Source of the DNA: a virus
Lineage: Duplodnaviria > Caudoviricetes
IMG/VR virus record: IMGVR_UViG_3300020388_000004
Span: 1 to 45,418 of that record
Strand: one strand, 5' to 3'
Length of the DNA: 45,418 bases
A program made the position numbers and the translations under genes. Shown here in pieces: positions 9,901-18,626 of this stretch (the stretch's first letter is position 1; each line of letters starts with the position of its first letter). A model generated the notes under the pieces. The model was given only the letters and a program-made list of their open reading frames with translations. It had not been told where the DNA came from and did no database searches.

Positions 9901-9935
9901 AATTATATATCAAACTTCAAGGTTTGTAGAGCTGT

Positions 9936-10127
9936 CTATTTTTTAGGCTTAGTATCTGCCTTTGGTTTATCCTCGACAACTTGAAGCAACCCGGCCATAA
10001 CGAATGGGTTTTCATCCCAATTCTTTCGACCATCTACATCGGCGGTTCCACCGGCAGGGATTGTAACTCTAGCGTCACCGTCGTAAACGGATAGGTCGAC
10101 CTTATCTTTATTTACTAGTTTCGTCAT
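9936..10127 (-). CDS. Small protein downstream of capsid gene
   Basis: 63-aa ORF, tightly spaced after MCP. Confidence 0.6.
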   Translation of the reverse strand: MTKLVNKDKVDLSVYDGDARVTIPAGGTADVDGRKNWDENPFVMAGLLQVVEDKPKADTKPKK

Positions 10128-10129
10128 GG

Positions 10130-11062
10130 CTAGATACCGTCGGTGTAATGAGCTGCCTTAGGGATACGCCATTCAGTACCGCCAGATCGAACCATTGCAG
10201 GGATCTTGAAGTTGATATTGTCAGCGGTAGCGGGAGCCATAAATCGAAGACCCATAGGCTCATGGCCTTTAACTACTCGGATATCTTTCTTGTAAGTAAC
10301 GAGTCGATCCTTACTAGAAGCTCCAGCGGCCTTAAGGTTGATGTCATCCTCAAAAGTCATGTCTGGGAATGCAATCTTAAGCGCTTGCAGGTAGCTGATG
10401 TTTGACGCGTTGCCAAAGTTACAGAAGTTTTGCATCAGGGCAAGGTACTGATCGGTAGGCATAGCGAAAACAGTTGGCTTATGAATTGTGTTTGTCTGCG
10501 TTGAGTAAACAGCCGTGTAAGCATCACCAAAGATTTTAATGATAGCCTCTGGTGTTTTAGCGGCGATAGCGGCAGCAATAGTAGTTGCAGCAGTTGTCTT
10601 AGGCACAGACGCGCCATTAAACAAACCTTCGTAACCAGCTTCAGTATCACCAAGTAGGTAGATTTGGTTTAGACCCTGCTCAACAGTATCGCGAACAACC
10701 ATTGCTCGTTCTGCGTCTAGGTTCTCACCAGCTAGAGATGCGTAATTCAACTCTTCTAGCGTGTAAGTGTAACCAAGAGCGGCTGTTTTGATTTTGTGGA
10801 AACCTTGGCTTTGAGCGATATCTACAGTTGGAACATCAGTAGAGTTCTCACCCATCCATTTAAGCTTACCAGAGCCATCAACAGCGCGGAAGATTACAGT
10901 TTTAGACCAGTCAGGAGCTGAGCTGTCAATATCCAAAAGCACGTTTGATTTGTACTGAGGGTATTCAACTCGGTAAATTTCCGACTCAACAAAAGCAGCT
11001 TGTTGTTGAAGGAAGCTAATAGCAGCAGTTGGAGCCGCGTCGTATAGATTAATGCCTTTCAT
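10130..11062 (-). CDS. Major capsid protein (DUF2184, HK97 fold)
   Basis: 310 aa; GYTYTLEEL, GLFN, RSGGTEWRIPKA..DGI. Confidence 0.92.
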   Translation of the reverse strand: MKGINLYDAAPTAAISFLQQQAAFVESEIYRVEYPQYKSNVLLDIDSSAPDWSKTVIFRAVDGSGKLKWMGENSTDVPTVDIAQSQGFHKIKTAALGYTYTLEELNYASLAGENLDAERAMVVRDTVEQGLNQIYLLGDTEAGYEGLFNGASVPKTTAATTIAAAIAAKTPEAIIKIFGDAYTAVYSTQTNTIHKPTVFAMPTDQYLALMQNFCNFGNASNISYLQALKIAFPDMTFEDDINLKAAGASSKDRLVTYKKDIRVVKGHEPMGLRFMAPATADNINFKIPAMVRSGGTEWRIPKAAHYTDGI

Positions 11063-11076
11063 TTATTAACTCCCAA

Positions 11077-11580
11077 TTAACCAGTTACAAGGTTGCCATC
11101 AAGAACAAGTTCAACGAACTCACCATCAGCAACAGTTTGAGCGAATTTAACGCCAGTGATTTCGATATTCTTACCCGCATCCGTGGCGCCGTCAGTTTGA
11201 CCGACAAGCTTGGCGCCATCAGCAACAGTTCGAGCAAACGCGTTATTTCCGCGAGTACAGCCGCCATTAACCTTAACAAAAATTCGACCTGACTTTAGGT
11301 AAGAAACGATATCGTACTGAGCGTAAGATGGAGCGCCAGATGAAGCATTTTCCCAAGCTGGAGTTCGAACAGCAACACCAAGAATATCTTTAGCATCAGC
11401 TACAGCACCAATGGATTTCACTCCATCACCGCCACCAGACACAGCAACCCAATCACCAAAAGCGATAGCAGGGGAACCAAGGTTTGAGCCAGAGTCAATG
11501 CGAGCGACGTTGATATCAGATACTTGACCCGAATACGCTACGCCACGAAGTTTATTGAATGTGTCAATTGCAATTGCCAT
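11077..11580 (-). CDS. Capsid cement/decoration protein
   Basis: Gly/Ala-rich 167 aa between scaffold and MCP; IAFG..V..GVAVR..GRIFV. Confidence 0.8.
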   Translation of the reverse strand: MAIAIDTFNKLRGVAYSGQVSDINVARIDSGSNLGSPAIAFGDWVAVSGGGDGVKSIGAVADAKDILGVAVRTPAWENASSGAPSYAQYDIVSYLKSGRIFVKVNGGCTRGNNAFARTVADGAKLVGQTDGATDAGKNIEITGVKFAQTVADGEFVELVLDGNLVTG

Positions 11581-11582
11581 GG

Positions 11583-12752
11583 TTACTTATCCTTCTTGCC
11601 GTAACGTGAAGCTAGGTAGCTATCACGAGCAGTTACGCGAACTGTTTCAGAATCTTTTAGTGATAGATTGCTAGCGTCTTTGCCAAGGTTGGCGAATGAA
11701 TCGTTAGCCTTTTCTTTTTTGTCTTTATCTTCATCTTCGTCTTCAGCTTTCTTTTCTTCAGCTTCATCAAAGGCAAAAGAGATAACCGCGTCAGATAGAT
11801 TTTTCCAATCTTTCTTAGGGTAAGCATCAGACAGAGCGGCGCGTTTAATTGCAATCTCATTCATTGAGTCACAAGCAAACTCTTTGCCAGCAATCTTTTT
11901 AGCTGAATCCATTGTTTTAGCAATGCCAGCAACTAGAGCTGAAAGGTTAGAATCAGAGGTTTTTTTCTTCTCTTCTTCTAGTTCGTCTTTCATCTTCTCG
12001 TTTTCTTCAGCAGCCATATCTTTAGCAGCTTCAGCTTTATCTTTCTCTTCTTCCATGTCTTTTAGTTTGCTCTCAGCATCAACAAGGCGCTTTTGCTGTG
12101 AGTCAAACGCTGACTGGATTAGCATGGCTTTTTCTTCACTATCCACGGAGATAGTATTGCCATCAGTTAAGGTAATTTTCATTTGTTGCACCTTTGGTTT
12201 ATTATCCAATATTTTAGCGCTAGCTCCTGCTCTTGGATTTGCAGTTGCTGCACAATGGTTGATTATAATGCTTCTTTGAACAAATTCATAGTCTTCGCCT
12301 GTTGGAGCCCATACACCCTTGGATGAGTCTATATCCATTGAGTACCCCATGCTTACACCGCTTAGTCCGCTCTCTATGGATTTAATCCCTTCCTTGGATT
12401 TGATTATTGAGTCAAATTCAACCCAATCACCACTACGACGACCCTCTGATGTTATATGTCCCACAGAAACAGAGTTGTATGTATCGGGGTTGACCATGTC
12501 GTCAGGGTGCTCAATGGTAAAGTCAGCATCCTTGTACGACTGAAGAGAGTCTGCACTAAAGACCTCCTCTGGCGGTCTAAGTACATTCACCACATCTTGA
12601 GGGTTTCTATCCTTAAGGCCCAACTCAGACGCTAGGTACTTTTGAATTCCAACCCTAGCACCTCTAACTGCAACTCTTAAGAATCCATCCTCTGTGTATT
12701 GCCTACTGGAAACCTGAGCGGATGTTTGAAGATCAGTTACTGTTAGCCTCAT
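11583..12752 (-). CDS. Prohead protease/scaffold (DUF2213)
   Basis: DGFL, ARVGIQKY, RPPEEVF, TIEHP, SMGY, NHCA..RAG, followed by charged coiled-coil scaffold. Confidence 0.92.
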   Translation of the reverse strand: MRLTVTDLQTSAQVSSRQYTEDGFLRVAVRGARVGIQKYLASELGLKDRNPQDVVNVLRPPEEVFSADSLQSYKDADFTIEHPDDMVNPDTYNSVSVGHITSEGRRSGDWVEFDSIIKSKEGIKSIESGLSGVSMGYSMDIDSSKGVWAPTGEDYEFVQRSIIINHCAATANPRAGASAKILDNKPKVQQMKITLTDGNTISVDSEEKAMLIQSAFDSQQKRLVDAESKLKDMEEEKDKAEAAKDMAAEENEKMKDELEEEKKKTSDSNLSALVAGIAKTMDSAKKIAGKEFACDSMNEIAIKRAALSDAYPKKDWKNLSDAVISFAFDEAEEKKAEDEDEDKDKKEKANDSFANLGKDASNLSLKDSETVRVTARDSYLASRYGKKDK

Positions 12753-13629
12753 TGTTTATTTCCTCGATCTTTTTCATTATTTTATCATATAAAGCACTTT
12801 GTGGTAATTTGCATCTTTTATTCATATTTTCCTCCCTTGATATTGGAGATAAATTATCAAGGCAATTTATTGCTTTTGGGCTGGTAATTCCAGACTTCAC
12901 CAGATGAGAAACTGGTACAATGTGATCAATATGCCAATCACCAAAATTATCCCAAGTCATCCAATTCTCAAATTTAGACTCAAGATGCATCATTAGCTCT
13001 TCTTTCTCGTAACCAATCTCTATGAATGTTGAGCACCTTTTTTGAGATCCAGTTAAACTAATTGCACGCTTAAGCATATTTCTAGCAGCTGTAGCCGCCT
13101 TGAATTCTGGGTTGTTCTTGTATCTCTCTCTGTAGCTCTTCTTTGAAGACTCAAGAAGAGAAACTTTATTTTTTGCGTAGTATTCTCGGCTTTTCTTTTT
13201 GCTGTCATCACTGTTCCACCTATCTCTGGCGCATTGTAAGCACATTGCATTCGCTGTCTGCCTTTCCGAGATATGTCCCCATTTGCACTCAGCCCCCTCG
13301 AAATACCTAGGAAGAGAAAACTCATAAGCCTCATCTCTTGATATGTACTTAAATGATGCTACGTATTTATCTTCCCTTCTTTTTATCTCCCTATTTACAG
13401 CTCTAACCCCCACCTCTCCTGACCACCCTCTCTCTCTTGCTCTTCTTTTGTAATTGTCGCTTCTGTGGTATTCGTAGTTTTTCTTCTTTGTGTTTTCTCT
13501 TGACCTGTACTCAGCTGCTCTTATCTTCCTGCACTCCCTGCAGATCTCAGCATGTCCATTAACCCCTTTTATGGATTTATTAAATTCAGACCACTCCTTA
13601 ACCTCTCCACACGCTGTGCAAATTCTCAT
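12733..13629 (-). CDS. Free-standing HNH endonuclease with zinc-ribbon N-terminus
   Basis: CTAC..CREC zinc finger, CKWGH..CLQC, MTWDNFGDWHIDHIVP..NL....EEN..K. Confidence 0.88.
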   Translation of the reverse strand: MRICTACGEVKEWSEFNKSIKGVNGHAEICRECRKIRAAEYRSRENTKKKNYEYHRSDNYKRRARERGWSGEVGVRAVNREIKRREDKYVASFKYISRDEAYEFSLPRYFEGAECKWGHISERQTANAMCLQCARDRWNSDDSKKKSREYYAKNKVSLLESSKKSYRERYKNNPEFKAATAARNMLKRAISLTGSQKRCSTFIEIGYEKEELMMHLESKFENWMTWDNFGDWHIDHIVPVSHLVKSGITSPKAINCLDNLSPISREENMNKRCKLPQSALYDKIMKKIEEINNEANSN

Positions 13630-13670
13630 ATCCACCCCTCGCTATTAAGACAATGAATATGAATTATATG

Positions 13671-14585
13671 CTACTTTTTAGGCCTTTCCCAGTTAACACC
13701 TTCGATCAGTGGGATTCTTCTGCAGCGACATAAAATATGACAACTTCCAGGATGCAAGTTACTTTCTCCCGCATAATCCGCACCGTGCTTGTAGGTGTAA
13801 ACGCCTTGGCCAAATCCTATGTCAGCCTTTGCAATCATGTAGCATTTCAACTTAGCCTTTGGATACTTGCCAGACGGGTCGCCACTTACACGTCTATCTC
13901 CAGATGTGCTCCAGCGATAGAACTCGATACCTAAATTCTGGCTGCGCTCTGAATCAACCGCACTGTTAACCTTTGCCACTTGGTCGCGAGCTATGGTTTT
14001 AGCTCTGCGCCATGAAATGCCGGTCGCCTCCTGTAAGTCCTTTGCAATCGCTGTAGGGTATCTACCTTGCTGCATTCCAGAATAAACGATCGACTCAATG
14101 CGCTTTAGGTATTCATCAGGCAGCGAAGTTACGAGGGTTACATTCTCCTGAAGTGCCGAGGTCATTACAGCCTCAATGCCCTCACTCTTCAACATGCCCG
14201 ACACATCCACACCAACAGCCTTGTTTACATTCTTCAGGAACTGAGCCGTGGTGTTAGACTCAACCATTGATAGCGGTCTTTGAATGTCGGCGCGAACCTT
14301 GTTACGAAATAGAAAGCTCGACCACTTGGCGCGAAACACATCAAAGAAACTGGTCACATCATCAGCCCAACTATCCTTTACGTAGTTAGGCTTGTTCTTT
14401 TTGATGATAGGGAGAAGGCCAACCTTAACCTCGCTAGCCATTTCCTTAACTAGAGCCTGCATGTAGCTACGGTATTCGCTTTCTATCTGGTCAGATGGCT
14501 TCACCGACTTTAGCTTTCTATTTTTTAGAGACTCTTCATTCATCTTGGTAAGAGCCTCTAGTTGGCTTACTTGGTTGGTTCCCAT
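13671..14585 (-). CDS. Head morphogenesis protein (MuF/SPP1 gp7)
   Basis: RAKTIARDQ, YRWSTSGDRRV, HPG...CRC. Confidence 0.9.
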   Translation of the reverse strand: MGTNQVSQLEALTKMNEESLKNRKLKSVKPSDQIESEYRSYMQALVKEMASEVKVGLLPIIKKNKPNYVKDSWADDVTSFFDVFRAKWSSFLFRNKVRADIQRPLSMVESNTTAQFLKNVNKAVGVDVSGMLKSEGIEAVMTSALQENVTLVTSLPDEYLKRIESIVYSGMQQGRYPTAIAKDLQEATGISWRRAKTIARDQVAKVNSAVDSERSQNLGIEFYRWSTSGDRRVSGDPSGKYPKAKLKCYMIAKADIGFGQGVYTYKHGADYAGESNLHPGSCHILCRCRRIPLIEGVNWERPKK

Positions 14586-15007
14586 GATTCACCATCAAGA
14601 ATAATTTCACCAATGCTAATTGGACTTTCAATTAACTTACTTAGATCTTCATCTGTAGGTGAGTATTTTAGACTTATGTGCGCCTTGTACTCATCATAGC
14701 TGTGGCTAGCTCCAAGGTTGATGATTTCCTTGTGTCTAGAATTTAAGTCTTCAGAGTCAAGGTGGATAACGAGAGCTCTCCACGGATCATTCCCCATGAT
14801 TTCAGGGTTACCGGTCTGCTTTGCAGAGTATGACTTCTTAGAGATTGATTCGTTTTTAATTCCATCTTTTGAGTACATCAAGGTGACGTGCATTTCTGAG
14901 GGATCAATAAATCCGTCAATACCAATGCTCTCAAGGTGCTCTCTAATTTTATCAGCAGTTTCCTTGCTTGGTTTTACTGATACGTATCCGTTGTTTAGTG
15001 AATCCAT
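14567..15007 (-). other. acb1: Acb1-like anti-CBASS domain, with possible internal start at M470
   Basis: GYVSVK..MHVTLMYS..LVIHLDSEDL..RH....LGASHSYDEYKAHISLKY..ILDGESWEP aligns by eye to T4 gp57B/Acb1; GAGGA 7 nt before in-frame ATG 15007. Confidence 0.8.
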
Positions 15008-16414
15008 TGCTTTTTCCTCATTAGGAGCTCCAAAGAAGTCTGGTTCTGATTCGCCATTTGTACGCACCTCTAGTTGTTCTTTCTCGTATTCCTGAAGCGT
15101 CTTAATGTCAGCTTCGTTATAGAAATAGTCATCATTGCCCTGACGCTTAAGTTGAAGCTGTGACACGGTAACTACCTGCATGTCTAAGTCAATCTGGTCA
15201 GCCTGGATGTTTGCAAGTCGCTGTTGAGCCTGCTCTAGACCTGACTCTTGATATAGAGGATTCCAAGTAAATTCGCAATCATCCGGGTAATTACCCAAAG
15301 CAGAGCGAACCATTACTTCATCTAAAGTTTCTAGTGCAATTCGGTATTTAGACTCTTGCTCTGAACGTAGTGAGTCGAAGTAGTTCTTCTGGTCACCCGC
15401 GCCTGTATCGCCCATGCCTTTTGATTGAACGCCAAATAAGCGAGTCATTGGGATATCAGCCGCGCCACTAATCCAAATCATCAACTGGTTTAGGGCTTCG
15501 GATGTACCGCCAAACTGTGCACCCATTCGAATTAGGTCTTCAGTTTCATCAAGTATAGCCAGGTTGTGATTGCTCATACCCATCTTGAATAGCTGCAGTC
15601 GCTTAATTACTGCGTCTTCCTGATCAGTTGTACGGGCATTCTTGAGGCCTGCAGTTTTAATTGCATCAACGTTAGCCTTTTGCAATAAAGCGGCCACACC
15701 AGCGCGAGAGGCGACAACATCGGTCAAATCTTCCATACACTGACGTAGAGTTGAATCACCCCAACCGCCACCTTCCATTCGCTTAAGAAGCCGAGGAAGT
15801 TCAGCGCCTGTCATGACGATACAGTTTGAGTGGTGAATCATTGAATGCTCACCACCTGCGATCATGTAAAACTCAGGCATAAGGAAGTTATCCTTTAGCG
15901 GGTCGGTGATGTTTTGCTGTGACCAAGATAGCTCGTATCGGTCGAATACTTGCACGGCTTTAAGTGAGCCCTGTTTGACCTTGTCGATATCCAGAGGCTC
16001 GGCTAGGTTTTGCCCCTCAATCATCATGACCATAATCGCACCGCCTGACAGCCTAGCCAGTGATGCTAACTCGGTGAACTTAGATGATACGTTGAGCTTC
16101 TTCTCTGCCTTCTCGATATTTTCAGAGTCTTTACAGGTGAACTTACGCCACTCACGCATTGCATCTTTAGCGGGGGTGTTTACGATTTGACGCGCTAACC
16201 ATGAAGAACGGTATGCACTGTACAGTTGCATCGGGTTCGTGAACAGGTAGTCATGCACACCGTGATTTGAGAGGTTGAATGTATTGTAAGATCTCGGGTC
16301 GGTTGGGGTGTTTAATCCGCTAAGAACGTTTGAGAGCGAATCTGATATAAACGTCTTGCCGCCTTGCGTAACGGATGGCTTACCATCCTTTAATGAGATG
16401 TGAGGCTTGCTCAT
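14567..16414 (-). CDS. Portal protein (DUF1073) fused to C-terminal Acb1-like 2H phosphodiesterase
   Basis: Portal motifs YRSSWLARQIV, WGDS, IPMTRLFG; last ~146 aa carry HVT and HIS 2H motifs. Confidence 0.9.
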   Translation of the reverse strand: MSKPHISLKDGKPSVTQGGKTFISDSLSNVLSGLNTPTDPRSYNTFNLSNHGVHDYLFTNPMQLYSAYRSSWLARQIVNTPAKDAMREWRKFTCKDSENIEKAEKKLNVSSKFTELASLARLSGGAIMVMMIEGQNLAEPLDIDKVKQGSLKAVQVFDRYELSWSQQNITDPLKDNFLMPEFYMIAGGEHSMIHHSNCIVMTGAELPRLLKRMEGGGWGDSTLRQCMEDLTDVVASRAGVAALLQKANVDAIKTAGLKNARTTDQEDAVIKRLQLFKMGMSNHNLAILDETEDLIRMGAQFGGTSEALNQLMIWISGAADIPMTRLFGVQSKGMGDTGAGDQKNYFDSLRSEQESKYRIALETLDEVMVRSALGNYPDDCEFTWNPLYQESGLEQAQQRLANIQADQIDLDMQVVTVSQLQLKRQGNDDYFYNEADIKTLQEYEKEQLEVRTNGESEPDFFGAPNEEKAMDSLNNGYVSVKPSKETADKIREHLESIGIDGFIDPSEMHVTLMYSKDGIKNESISKKSYSAKQTGNPEIMGNDPWRALVIHLDSEDLNSRHKEIINLGASHSYDEYKAHISLKYSPTDEDLSKLIESPISIGEIILDGESWEPTK

Positions 16415-17168
16415 GTCCGTTATCCTCTAGGAATGAAATTAGCTTCTTGGTGAGGACTTCTTTCATAAAATCATCCCCCGAATAGTGCTTTTGGTGTGCA
16501 ATTTTAACAGAATTTAGTTTCTCAATCACATAATGATTGCAGGCTTCTTTTAGGTCTTTGGTGAAAATGCCGTGCTCAACCCCTGAGTGGTAGCAGCTCG
16601 ATCTGTACCCATTAGCTAGCTTGTCATAGCAAACCCCAACAGGTAGGGATTTATCGCTGTCGCATAGAAATAGATAATTGACATCCTTATGAACCAACAT
16701 GCACGCATCTTTTGAGTAGACTCTATTGCCGTGAATTAGAACATCCTTATCTATATCAAAGTATTCTCTATTGGCGTTTGGTTGCTTCTCATACCAGTCT
16801 GCGAAGTTTTGAAAGTTAAGCCACTCAGCACTAACTGAGCAGTCGTTATACCACTTGTACTTTTCCCTATCATTAACACTGTAGCATCTGGCAATGATTC
16901 CACACCACACTGAGTAAGCCTTTGTTCTGTTCCTTCCGGATGTTGGCTTATGCTTGCCATCGCCTATACAACCAACGCCGTGGACTGTTTTTGTTAATCG
17001 GTCTTTTATTCTTCCAGTTCTAATGTTTTGAGTATTCGTCTCAACCTCATAACCAGTGCTAACAAATCTAACTAAAACACTCTTTGAGGTGGTGTAGCTT
17101 ATTATTTTTATATCACCATGACTGGTTTTGTGTACGTAACCTTCCGTCATGTCGCTTGGAATTTTCAT
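16380..17168 (-). CDS. Free-standing HNH-type homing endonuclease
   Basis: HGVGCIGDG, YSVWCGIIARCY, EWLNFQNFADW, DIDKD..GNRVYS..C, LPVGV. Confidence 0.85.
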   Translation of the reverse strand: MKIPSDMTEGYVHKTSHGDIKIISYTTSKSVLVRFVSTGYEVETNTQNIRTGRIKDRLTKTVHGVGCIGDGKHKPTSGRNRTKAYSVWCGIIARCYSVNDREKYKWYNDCSVSAEWLNFQNFADWYEKQPNANREYFDIDKDVLIHGNRVYSKDACMLVHKDVNYLFLCDSDKSLPVGVCYDKLANGYRSSCYHSGVEHGIFTKDLKEACNHYVIEKLNSVKIAHQKHYSGDDFMKEVLTKKLISFLEDNGHEQASHLIKGW

Positions 17169-17170
17169 TT

Positions 17171-17260
17171 TCTATACCCCTATAGATCCCGAATGATTTT
17201 GCGGAAACAACATCGGGTATTGTTGCTTTCGGTAGCTAGCCTATCCGCACTTACAGTATA
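17171..17260 (-). ncRNA. Promoter plus structured 5' leader RNA (three-way junction with anti-SD loop) of HNH gene
   Basis: -10 TATACT at 17260-17255; stem GCGGA/TCCGC (17248-17201); stem GCAACA/TGTTGT with loop ATACCCGA complementary to TCGGG (17192-17188) and to RBS GGGTAT (17179-17174). Confidence 0.55.
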
Positions 17261-17280
17261 CATCACTTACTTCAGATATG

Positions 17281-17306
17281 AAAAAAGCCTCCGTAATTGG
17301 AGGCTT
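17281..17306 (-). terminator. Rho-independent terminator
   Basis: AAGCCTCC-AATTAC-GGAGGCTT plus T-run. Confidence 0.75.
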
Positions 17307-17310
17307 AGTT

Positions 17311-17475
17311 TTACTCATCAAGTTCGCACTCTTCAGTTTCATAATTATCAAAGTAACATTTAGGGTCAGCCTCCATCTTATCGACGCAAGATTGCGCAAG
17401 CTTCGAGGTTGAGTAAACACCAATTACATCACTACCCTCGTATTCGTAACCAGCCGTAACTACATATACTTTCAT
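17311..17475 (-). CDS. Small acidic hypothetical protein (54 aa)
   Basis: Below ORF-track cutoff; MKVYVVTAGYEYEGSDVIGVYST..ELDE*; ATGA overlap with upstream ORF. Confidence 0.7.
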   Translation of the reverse strand: MKVYVVTAGYEYEGSDVIGVYSTSKLAQSCVDKMEADPKCYFDNYETEECELDE

Positions 17476-17603
17476 GACTTCCCATCCTTATCTTTCTGCT
17501 GCTGTTTTTTCTTCTTCTCGATAGCATCCCAGAAACTCGACTCTCTGTATGCCTTGCCGTGATTGCCAGCGCCGCGGTTAGCGCGACTGTTTGATTCTTT
17601 CAT
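17472..17603 (-). CDS. Small basic hypothetical protein (43 aa)
   Basis: ATG 17603 with GGAGG upstream; MKESNSRANRGAGNHGK.. Confidence 0.6.
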   Translation of the reverse strand: MKESNSRANRGAGNHGKAYRESSFWDAIEKKKKQQQKDKDGKS

Positions 17604-18282
17604 TTCTTGCCTCCTCTGATTTTCTTGAGCATATAGCCTCAAACATGTCATCATAAATCCCAAGGTGTTTAAATTCACCTGACACGGTTATTCTTGATTC
17701 CCACTTCCCGCTTCTAGAGGACCAGATAACACCCCTCAATCCGCATTGCATTGGGGATGAGCTTGGCTTTCTAAACTTACCAACCCTAGAGAAGCCTTGA
17801 GAAAAGACTAGCTTTCCTTTGCACATTGATACCATTGAAGACGCATCAAGCCCCCTCTCCCTGCAGAACTTCTGCATATTAAAAACCTTATACACCTTTC
17901 CTTTCTCATCTTGGAACGTGTATTTTTTTGAATTTGACAGCTCAGAGTTTTCTTGAGGACTTATAATGGTGCAACTCTCCTCCCCGTAAAACCCAAGGCC
18001 AGACTTATCCTTATCTACCTGCATTCTTGTTGTGTATGGGCACTCGTCAATTTCTTCGCACTTGCTGACAAACCATTTTGCGTAGTTCTGATAATTCAAG
18101 AATGATCCAGAAACATAGATACCAACGCCGCCATACGTGCCATACCAGTCACTTCCCTCTACGTAGCATCGCTCTATCATGTGCTTGTATCTTGCATATA
18201 TACTTTTGAATTTGCCGGTTGTTCCGAACTCCCCATCACCAATACATCCAACTCCGTGAATTGAAGGTTGCGGTGTTGTTTT
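17578..18282 (-). pseudogene. HNH/AP2-type endonuclease lacking an in-frame N-terminal start (truncated or frameshifted)
   Basis: Open frame extends 34 codons upstream of ATG 18180 and contains IHGVGCIGDG; C-terminal GLRGVIW..KWESRI..HLG.YDD AP2-like domain. Confidence 0.6.
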
Positions 18283-18430
18283 CTATTTTCATAACCACCC
18301 ACTGACCGACTGGTAGAGTTATTAACACGCCATCAGTCAGGAATTCTTCATAGTACCTAAGCTCGTCATTGTCGATTTGAATATGCTTTATGTTTGGCGC
18401 TTTAACTACGTAACTTGTCATCATTCCCAC
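18236..18430 (-). CDS. Hypothetical protein whose 3' end overlaps the HNH frame
   Basis: 64-aa ORF; GGAG RBS upstream. Confidence 0.55.
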   Translation of the reverse strand: MGMMTSYVVKAPNIKHIQIDNDELRYYEEFLTDGVLITLPVGQWVVMKIENNTATFNSRSWMYW

Positions 18431-18437
18431 TCCTGCA

Positions 18438-18626
18438 TTAATTAACCGCGTGGTTAAATTTAATCTGATTCTGCATGTTTAGCATTTCAGTTTCCAGTCT
18501 TGCTATCTCATTACGCGCTGTGTCTTTGTCTAATTCACTCTTAGCGTGTTTTAACTTCTTACGCTGCTTTGCTATCTGTTTTCGCTTCCGTTCAATAGCG
18601 GTTAGTAGAGTTTTGTTATTTGCCAT
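18438..18626 (-). CDS. Small basic coiled-coil protein
   Basis: 62 aa, K/R-rich, overlaps MTase stop. Confidence 0.6.
   Translation of the reverse strand: MANNKTLLTAIERKRKQIAKQRKKLKHAKSELDKDTARNEIARLETEMLNMQNQIKFNHAVN

Noticed and set aside
11884-12279. 131-aa plus-strand ORF and similar antisense ORFs (e.g. 14718-15095, 29637-29987, 33404-33739)
   Set aside because: Antisense to well-supported genes; Ser/Phe-rich mirror composition; no RBS noted
17201-17248. tRNA gene
   Set aside because: Too short; no T-loop, anticodon arm or CCA
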